Below are positions 1-10,337 of a stretch of 64,000 bases of DNA, piece after piece (position 1 is the stretch's first letter; each line of letters opens with the position of its first letter). The notes beneath the pieces were generated by a model. It ran no database searches. It saw nothing but the letters and a program-made list of their open reading frames with translations, and was not told where the DNA came from. The position numbers and the translations under genes were made by a program. The DNA comes from Bacteroidales bacterium UBA4333 (GTDB taxonomy: Bacteria > Bacteroidota > Bacteroidia > Bacteroidales > Paludibacteraceae). Location: positions 88,138-152,137 of the forward strand of contig DGTP01000014.1 of the NCBI GenBank assembly GCA_002394335.1, given 5' to 3'.

Positions 1-1770
1 GAGTTCCTGCGTCTGGTTGTCCGGCGAAGCAAGGAGTTGTTCTATCTCCGCCTGCTGTGCTTCGAGCGCGGCTATCTCTTCTTCGGTCTTGGCAATCTGT
101 TTCTCTTTCTTGCGGCGTTCGGCAGCCGCGGCTTTCTGTGCGGCGTAGTCGAGTTTGGCAGAGGACGGCTCAACGTCGGCTTGACGTCGGCTTTGACCGT
201 CGTTCGACCGTCGTTCGACCGTCGTGATTGAGTCGATAGAGGACGGTGTTTTGCGGTTCAGTTCACCGAGGTCGGACAGTTTCTTTTTTTGCAGGAAGTC
301 ATAGATGCCTCCGAGGTGTTCTTTCACCCTGCCTCCGCCGAACTCATAGACCTTGTCCACCAAGCCGTCAAGGAAATCGCGGTCGTGTGAGACACAGATG
401 ACCGTGCCGTTGAAGTCTTTTAGCGCCGCTTTGAGCACATCCTTGGAAGGGATGTCCAAGTGGTTGGTCGGCTCGTCGAGGATAAGGAGGTTACAGGGTT
501 CCAGCAGCAGGCGTATCATCGCCAAGCGGCTTCGCTCTCCGCCGGACAGCACTTTGACTTTCTTCTCCGATTCTTCACCGCCGAACATGAAAGCCCCCAA
601 AATATCCCGAATCTTGGTTCGGATGTCTCCCATCGCCACGTAGTCGATCGTCTCGAAAACGGTGAGGTTTTCATCCAGCAGTGCAGCCTGGTTCTGCGCA
701 AAATAGCCGATCTTGACATTATGTCCGATCTTGAGCGTGCCGAGATAGTCAAGCTGTCCCATGATACATTTGACCATGGTTGTTTTGCCTTCGCCGTTCT
801 TGCCGACAAACGCCACTTTCTCGCCCCGCGCAATCGTGAAGGTGACATCATGGAAGACATTATGTTCTCCGAAGTCCTTGCGAAGATCTTCGACGATCAG
901 CGGGTAGTCGCCACTTCGTGGTGCAGGTGGGAAGCGCAGATTGAGTTTTGCGGTGTCCTCCATGTCCACCTCCAGCCGCTCCAGCTTGTCCAGCTGTTTG
1001 ATACGGCTCTGCACCTGCACGGCTTTGGTAGCTTTGTACCTGAAGCGCTCGATGAAGGCTTCGGTCTCCAGGATCATCTTCTGCTGGTTGAGATAGGCGC
1101 GTACCTGTTGTTCATGGCGTTCCTGACGGAGAGCGACAAACTGCGAATAGGGTACATTATAGTCGTAGATCCGTCCGAGTGTGATCTCGATGGTGCGTGT
1201 AGTGGCGTGGTCGAGGAAAGCGCGGTCGTGGCTTACGAGCAGCACGGCAGAGGGACTGCTTTTGAGAAAATCCTCCAGCCACTGGATAGACTCGATGTCA
1301 AGGTGGTTGGTAGGCTCGTCCAGCATGAGCAGATCGGGGTGCTGCAAGAGAATCTTAGCCAACTCGATACGCATTCTCCAGCCTCCGGAGAACTCCGATA
1401 CGGGACGGTCGAAATCGCGTCGCTCAAAGCCCAAGCCGATGATGGTACGGTCCATCTCGGCAATGAAAGAGGCTTCGCTTGATATAGGGGCGCTTTGCTG
1501 CCGGAAGACAGACATGACGTCTTCGCGGAGAGTGAGACCGTCCTGATGCAGCATCACCTGCGGAAGATAGCCTATAGTCATTCCCGACTCTTTGGAGATG
1601 CGTCCGGCAGTAGGCTCGTACTCGCCGGCGATAAGGCGCAACAGCGTGGATTTGCCCACGCCGTTCTTACCAACCAGAGCAATCCGCTCCCTGCGGTTGA
1701 TCAGAAAAGATATATCGTCCAGAATAGGGCGTGAGGCAAACTCTATGGACAGGTGTTCGATGCTCAGCAT
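1..1770 (-). CDS. ABC-F family ATPase (two ABC domains, no TM segments); 3' end runs off the left edge
   Basis: Absent from the ORF track because it is open at the window edge. Hand translation from ATG (1770-1768) gives MLSIEHLSIEFASRPILDDISFLINRRERIALVGKNGVGKSTLLRLIAGE (Walker A). A second Walker A, VGKNGEGKTT, is encoded near 760-810. A Glu/Lys-rich tail is encoded near 1-130. Confidence 0.85.
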   Translation of the reverse strand, partial: MLSIEHLSIEFASRPILDDISFLINRRERIALVGKNGVGKSTLLRLIAGEYEPTAGRISKESGMTIGYLPQVMLHQDGLTLREDVMSVFRQQSAPISSEASFIAEMDRTIIGLGFERRDFDRPVSEFSGGWRMRIELAKILLQHPDLLMLDEPTNHLDIESIQWLEDFLKSSPSAVLLVSHDRAFLDHATTRTIEITLGRIYDYNVPYSQFVALRQERHEQQVRAYLNQQKMILETEAFIERFRYKATKAVQVQSRIKQLDKLERLEVDMEDTAKLNLRFPPAPRSGDYPLIVEDLRKDFGEHNVFHDVTFTIARGEKVAFVGKNGEGKTTMVKCIMGQLDYLGTLKIGHNVKIGYFAQNQAALLDENLTVFETIDYVAMGDIRTKIRDILGAFMFGGEESEKKVKVLSGGERSRLAMIRLLLEPCNLLILDEPTNHLDIPSKDVLKAALKDFNGTVICVSHDRDFLDGLVDKVYEFGGGRVKEHLGGIYDFLQKKKLSDLGELNRKTPSSIDSITTVERRSNDGQSRRQADVEPSSAKLDYAAQKAAAAERRKKEKQIAKTEEEIAALEAQQAEIEQLLASPDNQTQEL

Positions 1771-1773
1771 AGG

Positions 1774-2847
1774 TCAGGATTTTTGGGCGTTCTTGCGGTC
1801 TATGATACGCCATAGAATGACTGTAAGGACAGTGGCTATCGCAAAATCAACAAAAGTCAGCAGCCACATGTTCCAGTTTCTGCCAAGGATAGCCAAAGCC
1901 ATAAACCAGAGGGAGACGAAGATCAGTATTCCGGTGGTCTGAATATGGTTAAGTCCTGTGCGGAGAAGCAAGTGGTGGATATGGTTGCGGTCAGGCAGGA
2001 ACGGCGACTTATGGTGTTTGATACGTGTGAAGCTGACACGGATGGTATCGAAGATAGGAACGGTCATCAGGCACAGCGCCACCGCCGGAGCCGCCGACAT
2101 ATGCAGGGTATCAGGAACAGTGTGATAGGCGTTGATCTCGCAGAAATGGAACACAAAAGCACTCAGCACGTAGCCCAAAAGCAACGATCCCGAATCGCCC
2201 ATGAAAATCTTCTGCGACCTGCCAAAGACATTGAAGCAGAAATAGACAGCCAGACTGCCGATGAGGCTGACAGCCATGATCGCCCATGGTGTCTCGCCGG
2301 CAAGCGAGAAATAGATGGCGAAAAAGAGACAGTATAACATTCCCAATCCGGATGCCAAGCCGTCAATGCCGTCAATGAGGTTGATAGCATTGGTCACCGC
2401 AACCAGCACAAGGAAAGAGAGCAGATAAGACGGCAGAATACCGATCTGCTCAATGCCCAACAGCCCGTGTAGATGGGTGATCCGCAGGTCTGCAAACCCA
2501 ATCATGGCTATGCCTGCAAGCACTTCGCCCAAGAGTTTGGCAAGCGGCGAGAGCACCAGCACATCGTCCACCAGACCGACGATAACAATCGTCAGCACGC
2601 CGATCATGAAGAACTGGCTCTGCTGGAGGGTATCGTACTCGAAGACCATGTAGGTGAACAGAAAACTGATACAGATGTCTATTCCGCCGATATTGGGAAT
2701 ACTGCCTACATGGCACATCCGCTTATTGGGGCGTACGACAAAATCCTTCTTCTTGGCAATGCGGATGACAAGCGGCATCAACACCAATCCCAACAGAAAG
2801 GAGAGAAAACCGATAATATAGGTATGGTCTAAAATAAACGATAACAT
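1774..2847 (-). CDS. Polyprenyl-phosphate HexNAc-1-phosphate transferase (MraY/WecA family)
   Basis: 357-aa polytopic membrane ORF with the NAINLIDGIDGLASG motif typical of the MraY/WecA family. Its ATG shares one base with the upstream stop (TAATG). Confidence 0.85.
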   Translation of the reverse strand: MLSFILDHTYIIGFLSFLLGLVLMPLVIRIAKKKDFVVRPNKRMCHVGSIPNIGGIDICISFLFTYMVFEYDTLQQSQFFMIGVLTIVIVGLVDDVLVLSPLAKLLGEVLAGIAMIGFADLRITHLHGLLGIEQIGILPSYLLSFLVLVAVTNAINLIDGIDGLASGLGMLYCLFFAIYFSLAGETPWAIMAVSLIGSLAVYFCFNVFGRSQKIFMGDSGSLLLGYVLSAFVFHFCEINAYHTVPDTLHMSAAPAVALCLMTVPIFDTIRVSFTRIKHHKSPFLPDRNHIHHLLLRTGLNHIQTTGILIFVSLWFMALAILGRNWNMWLLTFVDFAIATVLTVILWRIIDRKNAQKS

Positions 2848-4799
2848 TATTGATCCAATTGTTCGTAAATAGAGTTGTTACTAATATATTCGGGTACAAT
2901 CTGCTTCATGAGTTGTACGGTGAGGAAAGGCTTGTTGGCATGTGCGAGGGAAATGAGTTGGTCAATGAGGAGCGAAACTTGGTCGTAGTCTTCCTCGCGA
3001 ACCCTTGCCACCATGATTTTCTCGTTTTGGGTAGGGATGGTCGTCTCCTTCTGGTTGAGCAGTTCCTCATATAGTTTCTCACCCGGACGCAGTCCCGTGA
3101 AGACGATAGGAATATCTTTTCCGGGGATATATCCTGCGAGTCGGATCATGTTCTTCGCCAGATCCAGAATCTTGACAGGTCGTCCCATGTCGAAGACAAA
3201 GATTTCGCCACCTTCGCCCAACGTGGATGCTTCGAGCACAAGGCAGCAGGCTTCCGGAATGGTCATGAAATAGCGGATGATATCGGGATGAGTGACCGTA
3301 ACGGGTCCTTTGGCGGCTATCTGTTTTTTGAAATAGGGTATGACCGATCCGTTTGATCCGAGGACATTACCAAAGCGTGTGGTGATGAACTTGGTGCAGG
3401 AAGGGTCGGAGTGGTGCAGTTTGTTGAAGAGTGACTGCACGTAGATCTCAGCAATGCGTTTGCTGGCGCCCATGATATTGGTAGGATTGACCGCTTTGTC
3501 TGTAGAGATCATAAGGAATCGTTCTACATGATACTTGACCGCCGTGTCCGCCATGTTCTTGGTACCGAGTACATTAGCCATGATGGCTTCGTTAGGGTAG
3601 TCCTCCATGAGAGGTACATGCTTATATGCCGCCGCGTGATAGACCACATCCGGTCGGAACTCAGAGAATATCTGTTCAAGGCGCTCTTTGTTCCGGATAT
3701 CGGCGATGACGGGAATGAACCGCGCGTCGGGGAAGAGATGACGCAGATCCAGCGTCAGGTCATGGAGCGGCGATTCGGCGAGTTCGATCAGGATAGTAGC
3801 CTTCGGGCGGAACTTCTGTACCTGACGTACTATCTCCGACCCGATGCTTCCTGCTGCACCGGAGATGAGCACCACTTTGTCGCGTAGGATTTTATCGACA
3901 TTATCGGTATTGATATTGATGGTAGGGCGCTCAAGGAGGTCTTCGATCTTGATGGACTCGATGCGTCCGATATTCTGTTTGCCGGAAGAATCCTCGGACT
4001 CAAGTTCGGTGAACTGCGGGGTAGTGAGGATACGGATGCCGTGATCAATGAATATCTGCAGATCCTGATCCGGTTTGATCTCGCGCATCTTGGTAGGCGA
4101 GATGATGATGTCATGGACATTGTGGGTCTTCATCCAGATAAAGAGTTTGTCGCTGAGTCTGAAGACAGGCATGCCCATGATGTCGTGGCGCTCCGGTTTA
4201 TCGGAGCTTTCAATGAATCCGGCAGGGCGGAATGGCGTGTTATCGGACGAACGGAGCATTTTGGCAATGGCGATACCAGCCGCTTTGGTCCCGTAGATCA
4301 TCACCCGTTTGCTACCGGCAGACTGCTGGTAGATCATTTCGTACAGGGTCTTGACACCCACCCGCAGGCAGAACAGGAAGACAAAGGCAATAGGCATATA
4401 AATACCGATGACGGTGTTGAGCAGCAGTTGCCGTGAAGTGAACCGATGATAGGTGAGATTGAAAAGTATTAGTATCATTCCGCATCCGAAGACGGCAATA
4501 AAGGACTTGATAGTGTCTATAAACGTGGAATAGCGGAGGATTCCCGAATAGGTGTGGAAAAGCCAGAAACAGCCTATCTGTACCGACAGGAGGATCAGAT
4601 ACTGCTGCCAAGCCGGTAACACTCCGCCGGGTTGGAAGCGGTAGGAGAACGCACCTTCGCCGAGCCATAGGCTTGTCCAGTAAGCAACGGATATGAGCAC
4701 AATATCTATCAGAAGGACTCCCCATCTGGGCAGATAGGTAGAGTCTGGGATGTGCGAGAAGATATCCGACGAGGCTAATTCGTTTCGTTTGTTGATCAT
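2847..4799 (-). CDS. Membrane-anchored nucleotide-sugar 4,6-dehydratase/epimerase (CapD/WbpM/PglF-like)
   Basis: 650 aa. N-terminal TM helices are followed by the Rossmann motif LISGAAGSIGSEI and HAAAYKHVPLME. ATGA overlap with the uvrA stop. Confidence 0.85.
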   Translation of the reverse strand: MINKRNELASSDIFSHIPDSTYLPRWGVLLIDIVLISVAYWTSLWLGEGAFSYRFQPGGVLPAWQQYLILLSVQIGCFWLFHTYSGILRYSTFIDTIKSFIAVFGCGMILILFNLTYHRFTSRQLLLNTVIGIYMPIAFVFLFCLRVGVKTLYEMIYQQSAGSKRVMIYGTKAAGIAIAKMLRSSDNTPFRPAGFIESSDKPERHDIMGMPVFRLSDKLFIWMKTHNVHDIIISPTKMREIKPDQDLQIFIDHGIRILTTPQFTELESEDSSGKQNIGRIESIKIEDLLERPTININTDNVDKILRDKVVLISGAAGSIGSEIVRQVQKFRPKATILIELAESPLHDLTLDLRHLFPDARFIPVIADIRNKERLEQIFSEFRPDVVYHAAAYKHVPLMEDYPNEAIMANVLGTKNMADTAVKYHVERFLMISTDKAVNPTNIMGASKRIAEIYVQSLFNKLHHSDPSCTKFITTRFGNVLGSNGSVIPYFKKQIAAKGPVTVTHPDIIRYFMTIPEACCLVLEASTLGEGGEIFVFDMGRPVKILDLAKNMIRLAGYIPGKDIPIVFTGLRPGEKLYEELLNQKETTIPTQNEKIMVARVREEDYDQVSLLIDQLISLAHANKPFLTVQLMKQIVPEYISNNSIYEQLDQ

Positions 4800-7531
4800 T
4801 GTAATAAGGGCTTGATATATTTTCCTGTATAACTATCGGGGCACAGCGCCAAGTCTTCCGGTGTGCCTTCAAAAACAATGTTTCCGCCTTGGTCTCCTCC
4901 TTCGGGTCCGAGATCTATGACATGGTCAGCCGCCAAGATCATGGAGGCGTTATGCTCGATGATGACGACGGTGTGTCCTTTCTCGATAAGGCGGTTCAGC
5001 GCTCCGATAAGCACCTGTATGTCGCGGTGGTGAAGACCAGTGGTGGGTTCGTCGAAGACAAACATTGTAGGAGGCTGGTTCTCCTGTGCAAGGAAGGAGG
5101 CGAGTTTGACGCGCTGGCTCTCTCCGCCGGAAAGGGTGGAGGAGGACTGCCCCAACTGAATATACCCGATACCTACATCCTGGAGCGGTTTGAGGCGTTG
5201 TACGATCCTGCGGCATTGCGGATCCTCAGAGAAGAACTCAATCGCCTGATTGACGGTCATGGTCAGGATGTCGTAGATCGATTTGCCCCGGTAACGGACA
5301 TCGAGCACGTCCTGTTTGAAGCGTTTGCCATGGCAATGTTCACATTCAATGGTGATGTCTGCCATGAACTGCATTTCGATGGTGATGGTGCCTTCTCCTT
5401 CGCACTCTTCGCATCGTCCGCCCGGCGTGTTGAAACTGAAATGGGCAGGTGTGAAGCCGAGTTGCTTAGCGAGTGGCTGTTCGGCAAAGAGTTTGCGGAT
5501 CTCGTCGTACGCTTTGAGATAGGTGACGGGATTCGACCGTGAGGACTTGCTGAGCGGGTTTTGGTCAACAAACTCGATGTCTTTGATTAGATGCAGACTG
5601 CCTTTCAGGGCATTGTAGTCGCCGGTTCGCTCTGCCAGACCGCCGTAGTACTTCTTCATGGCAGGGTAGAGCACCTTGCTCACGAGCGAGGACTTGCCGC
5701 TACCGCTCACACCGGTGATGACCGTCATGACACCTAAGGGGAAGCGGACAGATATATGCTTGAGGTTGTTCTCGCATGCTCCGACGACCTCTATATAATC
5801 GCGCCAGCCCCGTCGATGAGGAGGAATGGCATATTCGAACCGTTTGGAGGAGGGTTTGCCCTCGTAGATCACTTCCCCTCCGTGTCTTCCCGCTGCCGGA
5901 CCGATTTCTATAATATGGTCTGCCGCACGGATGATCTCTTCGTCATGCTCGACAACAACGATGGTGTTGCCCAAGTCCCGCAACTGTTTGAGGACCCGTA
6001 TCAGGCGTTCCGTATCGCGTGCATGGAGACCGATAGACGGTTCGTCCAAGACATAGAGCGAGCCTACCAGACTGCTTCCCAAGGATTTGGCGAGACTGAT
6101 ACGCTGGCTCTCGCCGCCGGAAAGTGTGTTAGACGGGCGGTTGAGGGTGAGATAGCCGAGTCCGACATCTTCCATAAACTGCAGCCGTGAAGTGATCTCA
6201 TGGAGGAGATGTGCGGCTATCTGTTGCTCCTCGGCGGAGAGTTGCAGGGTATTGAACCATTCTCGGAGCCGGGTGACAGACATCTTGATGAGGTCTGTAA
6301 TCGCCATTCCTTGAATTTTGACGTAGGTAGCCTCTTTACGCAGGCGCAGCCCCAGACACTCGGGACAGATAGTACGTCCTTTGTAGCGCGCCAAAAGAAC
6401 ACGGTACTGGATTTTGCTGAACTGCTTGGACTCCAACTCCTGAAAGAAAGCGTGCAAGCCGCGGAAATATTCGTTTCCGGTCCAGAGTAACTGCCGTTGC
6501 TCTTGGGTAAGGGCGTAATAGGGGGTATGGATCGGGAAGTCAAACTTGGAGGCATTGAGGATCAGGTCGTTTTTATAGACCGACATCTTCTCGCTCTGCC
6601 AGCAAGCGATGGCATCGTCGTAGATGGTTTTGGATTTGTCTGGAACAACGAGATCAGGGTCGATGCCGGAGACGATACCCGAACCTTTACATTCCGGGCA
6701 TGCTCCCAGAGGATTGTTGAAATCGAAGAGGTGTTCGGAGGGTTCGATAAAAGTGATGCCATCCGCCTCAAACCTCTCGGAGAAGGTGCGTTTGTTGCCG
6801 TCTATCCATACAACGCACTCGCCATAGCCTTCAAAGAAAGCGGTCTGTACAGAGTCGGCGAAATGGTTGCTGGTAGCCTGCTCATGATCCACAACGACAC
6901 GATCTACCATAAGATAGGTTTCGGGCAGGAGTCGCCCTTTCTCATCGGTTATCTCATCGATGGTGTCATCGGTCAGGCGGATGGTCTTGCCGTCCTGCAT
7001 AAGTCGCGCAAAACCCTCTGACCGCCAGATAGCAAGTTGTTCTTCGACCTTGCGCTCCCTCGGCATAACAGGCGATAGAAGATACAGACGTGTGCCTTTG
7101 GGCTGCTGCTCCATATACATGACTACATCGCGGATAGTGTGCTTATGCACCTGTTCGCCGGATACGGGCGAGTAGGTGTGACCCACGCGCGCGTAAAGGA
7201 GTTTGAGATAGTCGTATATCTCGGTTGTAGTACCGACAGTAGAGCGGGGGTTACGGTTGGTGACTTTCTGCTGGATAGCAATAGCCGGTGGGATACCCTC
7301 AATCTTTTCGACATCGGGTTTCTGCATACGTCCGAGGAACTGGCGTGCGTAGGAGGATAGGCTCTCTACGTACCGCCGCTGTCCTTCGGCATAAAGGGTG
7401 TCAAACGCCAACGAAGACTTGCCGCTACCACTCACTCCCGTGACGACCACCAGTTTACCCTGCGGAATATCGACCGAGACGTGTTTGAGGTTATGGGTGT
7501 TGGCATTCTCTATATGGATAAATTCACTCAA
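4796..7531 (-). CDS. uvrA: Excinuclease ABC subunit A
   Basis: 911 aa. [36 protein letters not shown] plus a second [12 protein letters not shown] module. CxxC zinc motifs ([22 protein letters not shown]). Confidence 0.9.
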   Translation of the reverse strand: MSEFIHIENANTHNLKHVSVDIPQGKLVVVTGVSGSGKSSLAFDTLYAEGQRRYVESLSSYARQFLGRMQKPDVEKIEGIPPAIAIQQKVTNRNPRSTVGTTTEIYDYLKLLYARVGHTYSPVSGEQVHKHTIRDVVMYMEQQPKGTRLYLLSPVMPRERKVEEQLAIWRSEGFARLMQDGKTIRLTDDTIDEITDEKGRLLPETYLMVDRVVVDHEQATSNHFADSVQTAFFEGYGECVVWIDGNKRTFSERFEADGITFIEPSEHLFDFNNPLGACPECKGSGIVSGIDPDLVVPDKSKTIYDDAIACWQSEKMSVYKNDLILNASKFDFPIHTPYYALTQEQRQLLWTGNEYFRGLHAFFQELESKQFSKIQYRVLLARYKGRTICPECLGLRLRKEATYVKIQGMAITDLIKMSVTRLREWFNTLQLSAEEQQIAAHLLHEITSRLQFMEDVGLGYLTLNRPSNTLSGGESQRISLAKSLGSSLVGSLYVLDEPSIGLHARDTERLIRVLKQLRDLGNTIVVVEHDEEIIRAADHIIEIGPAAGRHGGEVIYEGKPSSKRFEYAIPPHRRGWRDYIEVVGACENNLKHISVRFPLGVMTVITGVSGSGKSSLVSKVLYPAMKKYYGGLAERTGDYNALKGSLHLIKDIEFVDQNPLSKSSRSNPVTYLKAYDEIRKLFAEQPLAKQLGFTPAHFSFNTPGGRCEECEGEGTITIEMQFMADITIECEHCHGKRFKQDVLDVRYRGKSIYDILTMTVNQAIEFFSEDPQCRRIVQRLKPLQDVGIGYIQLGQSSSTLSGGESQRVKLASFLAQENQPPTMFVFDEPTTGLHHRDIQVLIGALNRLIEKGHTVVIIEHNASMILAADHVIDLGPEGGDQGGNIVFEGTPEDLALCPDSYTGKYIKPLLQ

Positions 7532-7533
7532 TG

Positions 7534-8679
7534 CTACTGGTATTTGTTAGTTAGTTCACGGATTCGTTTGCGCGTCTCCGGGTTGGTTATGTCGCGTTCT
7601 TCCTTGGTGAGTTGGGGCATCTTGATGCGTGTCCCCCAACAGATGCTGTCCGGCGACTTGAATCGGCTTTCATTGGCCTCGTAGATAAATACCCAGAAGT
7701 CCGGGTGTCCATAATATCTGCGTGCAATCTGCATTAATCCGTCGCCCTTGCGGATAACAAGGGTCTTGGGGATATAGTATTCGGGCTCTTTCGCAGATTG
7801 CGTAGGTATAGTAGTTTCCGTAGGTGTCGGAGGTTCTGTAGTAGTTATAGTAGTTATAGTATCTGTCGTTGCTGTAGTATCTGTAGTTGTAGTATCTGTA
7901 GTTGTAGTATCTGTAGTATCCGTAATTGCTGTGGTGTCCGGTTTGACGGGTGCAACAGTCTCAATAGGCGTCTGCTGCTTGAAACGAAGTGACTCTACCC
8001 AGTTGCTGACTTCATAGCGGAAATACAAGAACGCGCCTGCAAGAACGAAGAGTAGGATAACAAGCGTGATCAGGGTGTCACGCAGGAAGTGATATTTTGG
8101 CGTGGGGGTAGGGGGGGGAGTTTGCGTAGTTGTAGTTTCCGTAGTTTGCGTAGTTTGCGTAGTATTCGTAGTCTCCGTAGGTTCCGTAGTTGTTGTAGTT
8201 TCCGTAGTATTCGTAGTTTGTGGAGTTTGTGGAGTTTGTGGTTCTGCGGGTATGTCGTTAACCGGCTGGCCGAGGTCGGCAAGCAGTCCTACGATCTCAT
8301 CGGCCTGTTCGCCCAGTTTCTGCAGGGGCGTGATCTCGCTTGGGGTCGGTTCGGTTGCAGTTGGGGTTTGTGTATTGCCGGCCGGGCGGCTGTTAGATGC
8401 CACCAACTCTTTTATACCGGCTTCCGGAGTGAAGACGAGTTTGTCATAACCTGCGATCATAATGTCCTCGCCTGTAACAACATTCACACTCTTTCTCGGA
8501 GCCACTTCCTGCAGTTTGAAGGTGCCTAAGCCTGTGATGCGGACCTGTTTGTCTGTTTTGAGACCTGCTATGATCTGTTTCAACAGTTCATCCATGAAGG
8601 TGGCAGCTTCTTTCTGGCTTCCTCCGGCTCGCGCGGCAATACGCCGGCGCAGTTCTATCCATGTGATTTTCTCAGCCAT
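7534..8679 (-). CDS. HU-like DNA-binding domain / Thr-Pro-rich linker / TM helix / Thr-rich linker / C-terminal LysM fusion protein
   Basis: The N-terminus ([37 protein letters not shown]) is HU/IHF-like. TM helix [18 protein letters not shown]-terminus [30 protein letters not shown]...GTRIKMP is LysM-like. Confidence 0.75.
   Translation of the reverse strand: MAEKITWIELRRRIAARAGGSQKEAATFMDELLKQIIAGLKTDKQVRITGLGTFKLQEVAPRKSVNVVTGEDIMIAGYDKLVFTPEAGIKELVASNSRPAGNTQTPTATEPTPSEITPLQKLGEQADEIVGLLADLGQPVNDIPAEPQTPQTPQTTNTTETTTTTEPTETTNTTQTTQTTETTTTQTPPPTPTPKYHFLRDTLITLVILLFVLAGAFLYFRYEVSNWVESLRFKQQTPIETVAPVKPDTTAITDTTDTTTTDTTTTDTTATTDTITTITTTEPPTPTETTIPTQSAKEPEYYIPKTLVIRKGDGLMQIARRYYGHPDFWVFIYEANESRFKSPDSICWGTRIKMPQLTKEERDITNPETRKRIRELTNKYQ
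7838..7930. repeat. Imperfect tandem repeats (unit about gtagtatctgtagtt) encoding the second Thr/Asp-rich tract of the HU-LysM protein
   Basis: Read directly: ctgtagtatctgtagttgtagtatctgtagttgtagtatctgtagtatccgta. Confidence 0.7.
8120..8245. repeat. Imperfect 9-nt tandem repeats (gtagtttgc / gtagtttcc / ggagtttgt) encoding the Thr/Glu/Gln/Pro tract
   Basis: Read directly. The protein tract is [40 protein letters not shown]. Confidence 0.7.
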
Positions 8680-8684
8680 ACTGA

Positions 8685-8963
8685 TTAGTTGTTTTTGAAT
8701 TGGTCTTTGATCCCCGCTGTAGGACGGAAAGCTATCTGTCTCTTGGCAGGAATAACGGAGCGAACACCGGTTTTCGGGTGCACTATAGTGCGCTCGTTGC
8801 GTTGCTTCAGTTCGAAGGTGCCAAGTCCCTGCAACGGAACAGCCTCGTCACTCATCAATGATTCGAGAATGACGGCGTTCGTGGTATCCAGCAACTCTTG
8901 TGTGCGCCGTTTGGTTAAGCCTGTTGCCTGAGCAATGTTGGCGATGATCTCTTTTGTTAACAT
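8685..8963 (-). CDS. HU/IHF family DNA-binding protein
   Basis: 92 aa, with LQGLGTFELKQRNERTIVHPKTGVRSVIPAKRQIAFRP (HU arm region). Overlaps the rimO stop by 7 nt. Confidence 0.8.
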   Translation of the reverse strand: MLTKEIIANIAQATGLTKRRTQELLDTTNAVILESLMSDEAVPLQGLGTFELKQRNERTIVHPKTGVRSVIPAKRQIAFRPTAGIKDQFKNN

Positions 8964-10273
8964 ATGGTTGCGTATAAATCAAATTCTTCAGCTTTGGTGA
9001 TCTTGACGGAGTGGAATTCGCCCACTTTCCAATTGGCATCGGTCTCTTCGGGAGCCGGTTTGAGAATAAGCACTTCGCAGTCCACTTCGGGTGAGTCGAA
9101 CTCAGTACGGCCGATATAGTAGTCCTCTTCTTCGCGGTCTATAATAACGCGCATGGTCTTTCCGACGTGTTGAAGCATCAATTCCCCCGATATCTCCTGC
9201 TGTATAGCCATCAGTTGATCTAATCGCTGCTGCTTGACATCCTCCGGGATGGAGTCTTCGTAGTGGTTGTAGGCGTAAGTGCCTTCTTCGTTGGAATAGG
9301 TGAAGGCTCCCATCCTGTCGAACCGCATCCGGCGTGTCCATGCCTTGAGTTGCTCAAAATCCTCTTCGGTCTCACCGGGGTGTCCCACCATGAGTGTGGT
9401 ACGGATACAGATGCCGGGCACCCGTTCGCGGATTTTAGCGATGAGTGCGTCTTGCTCTGATGCGGTGATATGCCTGCGCATGAGCCGCAACATCGAGTCG
9501 GTACAATGCTGAAGGGCTATGTCGAGATACCGGCATATATTGGGGTGCTTTGCCATCACGTCCAGCAGTTGTTCGGGGAAGTCGGTTGGGTAGGCATAAT
9601 GGAGCCGAATCCATTCGACGCCTTCTATCTGTGCCATCTCGTCGATGAGTTCGGGTAGCATGTGGCGGTGCTCCAGATCCAAGCCGTAGCTACTGAGATC
9701 CTGTGCAATGACGTTGAACTCTTTGACTCCTTGCGAAACGAGCCAGCGCACCTCATCGAGTAGTTCTTGTTTTGGGCGGCTGGTATGCCTGCCTGTGATG
9801 AGCGGTATGGCGCAGTACGAGCACATCCGGTTGCACCCCTCCGAGATCTTGAGATAGGCGTAGTGGGAGGGAGTGGTGAGGTGTCGTTCAAAAGAGCATT
9901 GTTGTGTAGGAGTATCTTGCAAGAGAGTCAACATGGACTCAAAATCGAACTTGCCGTAGTAGGCATCCACTTCGGGCAGTTCTGCCTCAAGTTCGGCACG
10001 ATAGCGCTCGCTCAGGCAGCCCATGACGATGAGTTTTTTGAGGTTGCCTTGTTTCTTGCGTTCCGCCATCCTGAGGATCATGTTGATTGACTCCTCTTTG
10101 GCGTCGCCGATGAAGCCGCAGGTGTTGATGACGCATATCTCGCCCTTGGGATCGGGCGAGTCATGGACACACCGCCATCCGGCGAGTTCCCACTGCCGCA
10201 TCACCCGCTCGGCATCCACGAGGTTTTTGGAACACCCAAGGGTGATAAAATCGATTTCTCCCTTATGCATCAT
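8957..10273 (-). CDS. rimO: Ribosomal protein S12 methylthiotransferase
   Basis: 438 aa. ITLGCSKNLVDAE N-terminal domain, radical-SAM CNRMCSYCAIP, and a TRAM-like C-terminus. Confidence 0.88.
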   Translation of the reverse strand: MMHKGEIDFITLGCSKNLVDAERVMRQWELAGWRCVHDSPDPKGEICVINTCGFIGDAKEESINMILRMAERKKQGNLKKLIVMGCLSERYRAELEAELPEVDAYYGKFDFESMLTLLQDTPTQQCSFERHLTTPSHYAYLKISEGCNRMCSYCAIPLITGRHTSRPKQELLDEVRWLVSQGVKEFNVIAQDLSSYGLDLEHRHMLPELIDEMAQIEGVEWIRLHYAYPTDFPEQLLDVMAKHPNICRYLDIALQHCTDSMLRLMRRHITASEQDALIAKIRERVPGICIRTTLMVGHPGETEEDFEQLKAWTRRMRFDRMGAFTYSNEEGTYAYNHYEDSIPEDVKQQRLDQLMAIQQEISGELMLQHVGKTMRVIIDREEEDYYIGRTEFDSPEVDCEVLILKPAPEETDANWKVGEFHSVKITKAEEFDLYATIC

Positions 10274-10337
10274 TTCAGTCTGTATTCTATCGGCGTAGCG
10301 GTCTATTCTCTACATTCTACTATGAGCAGCCGGCCTG

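Noticed and set aside
8070-8529. ORFs 8070-8282 (-), 8089-8529 (+) and 8102-8449 (+) with repetitive LRK / VVV sequences.
   Set aside because: These are frame-shifted or antisense readings of the Thr-rich coding repeats of the HU-LysM gene.
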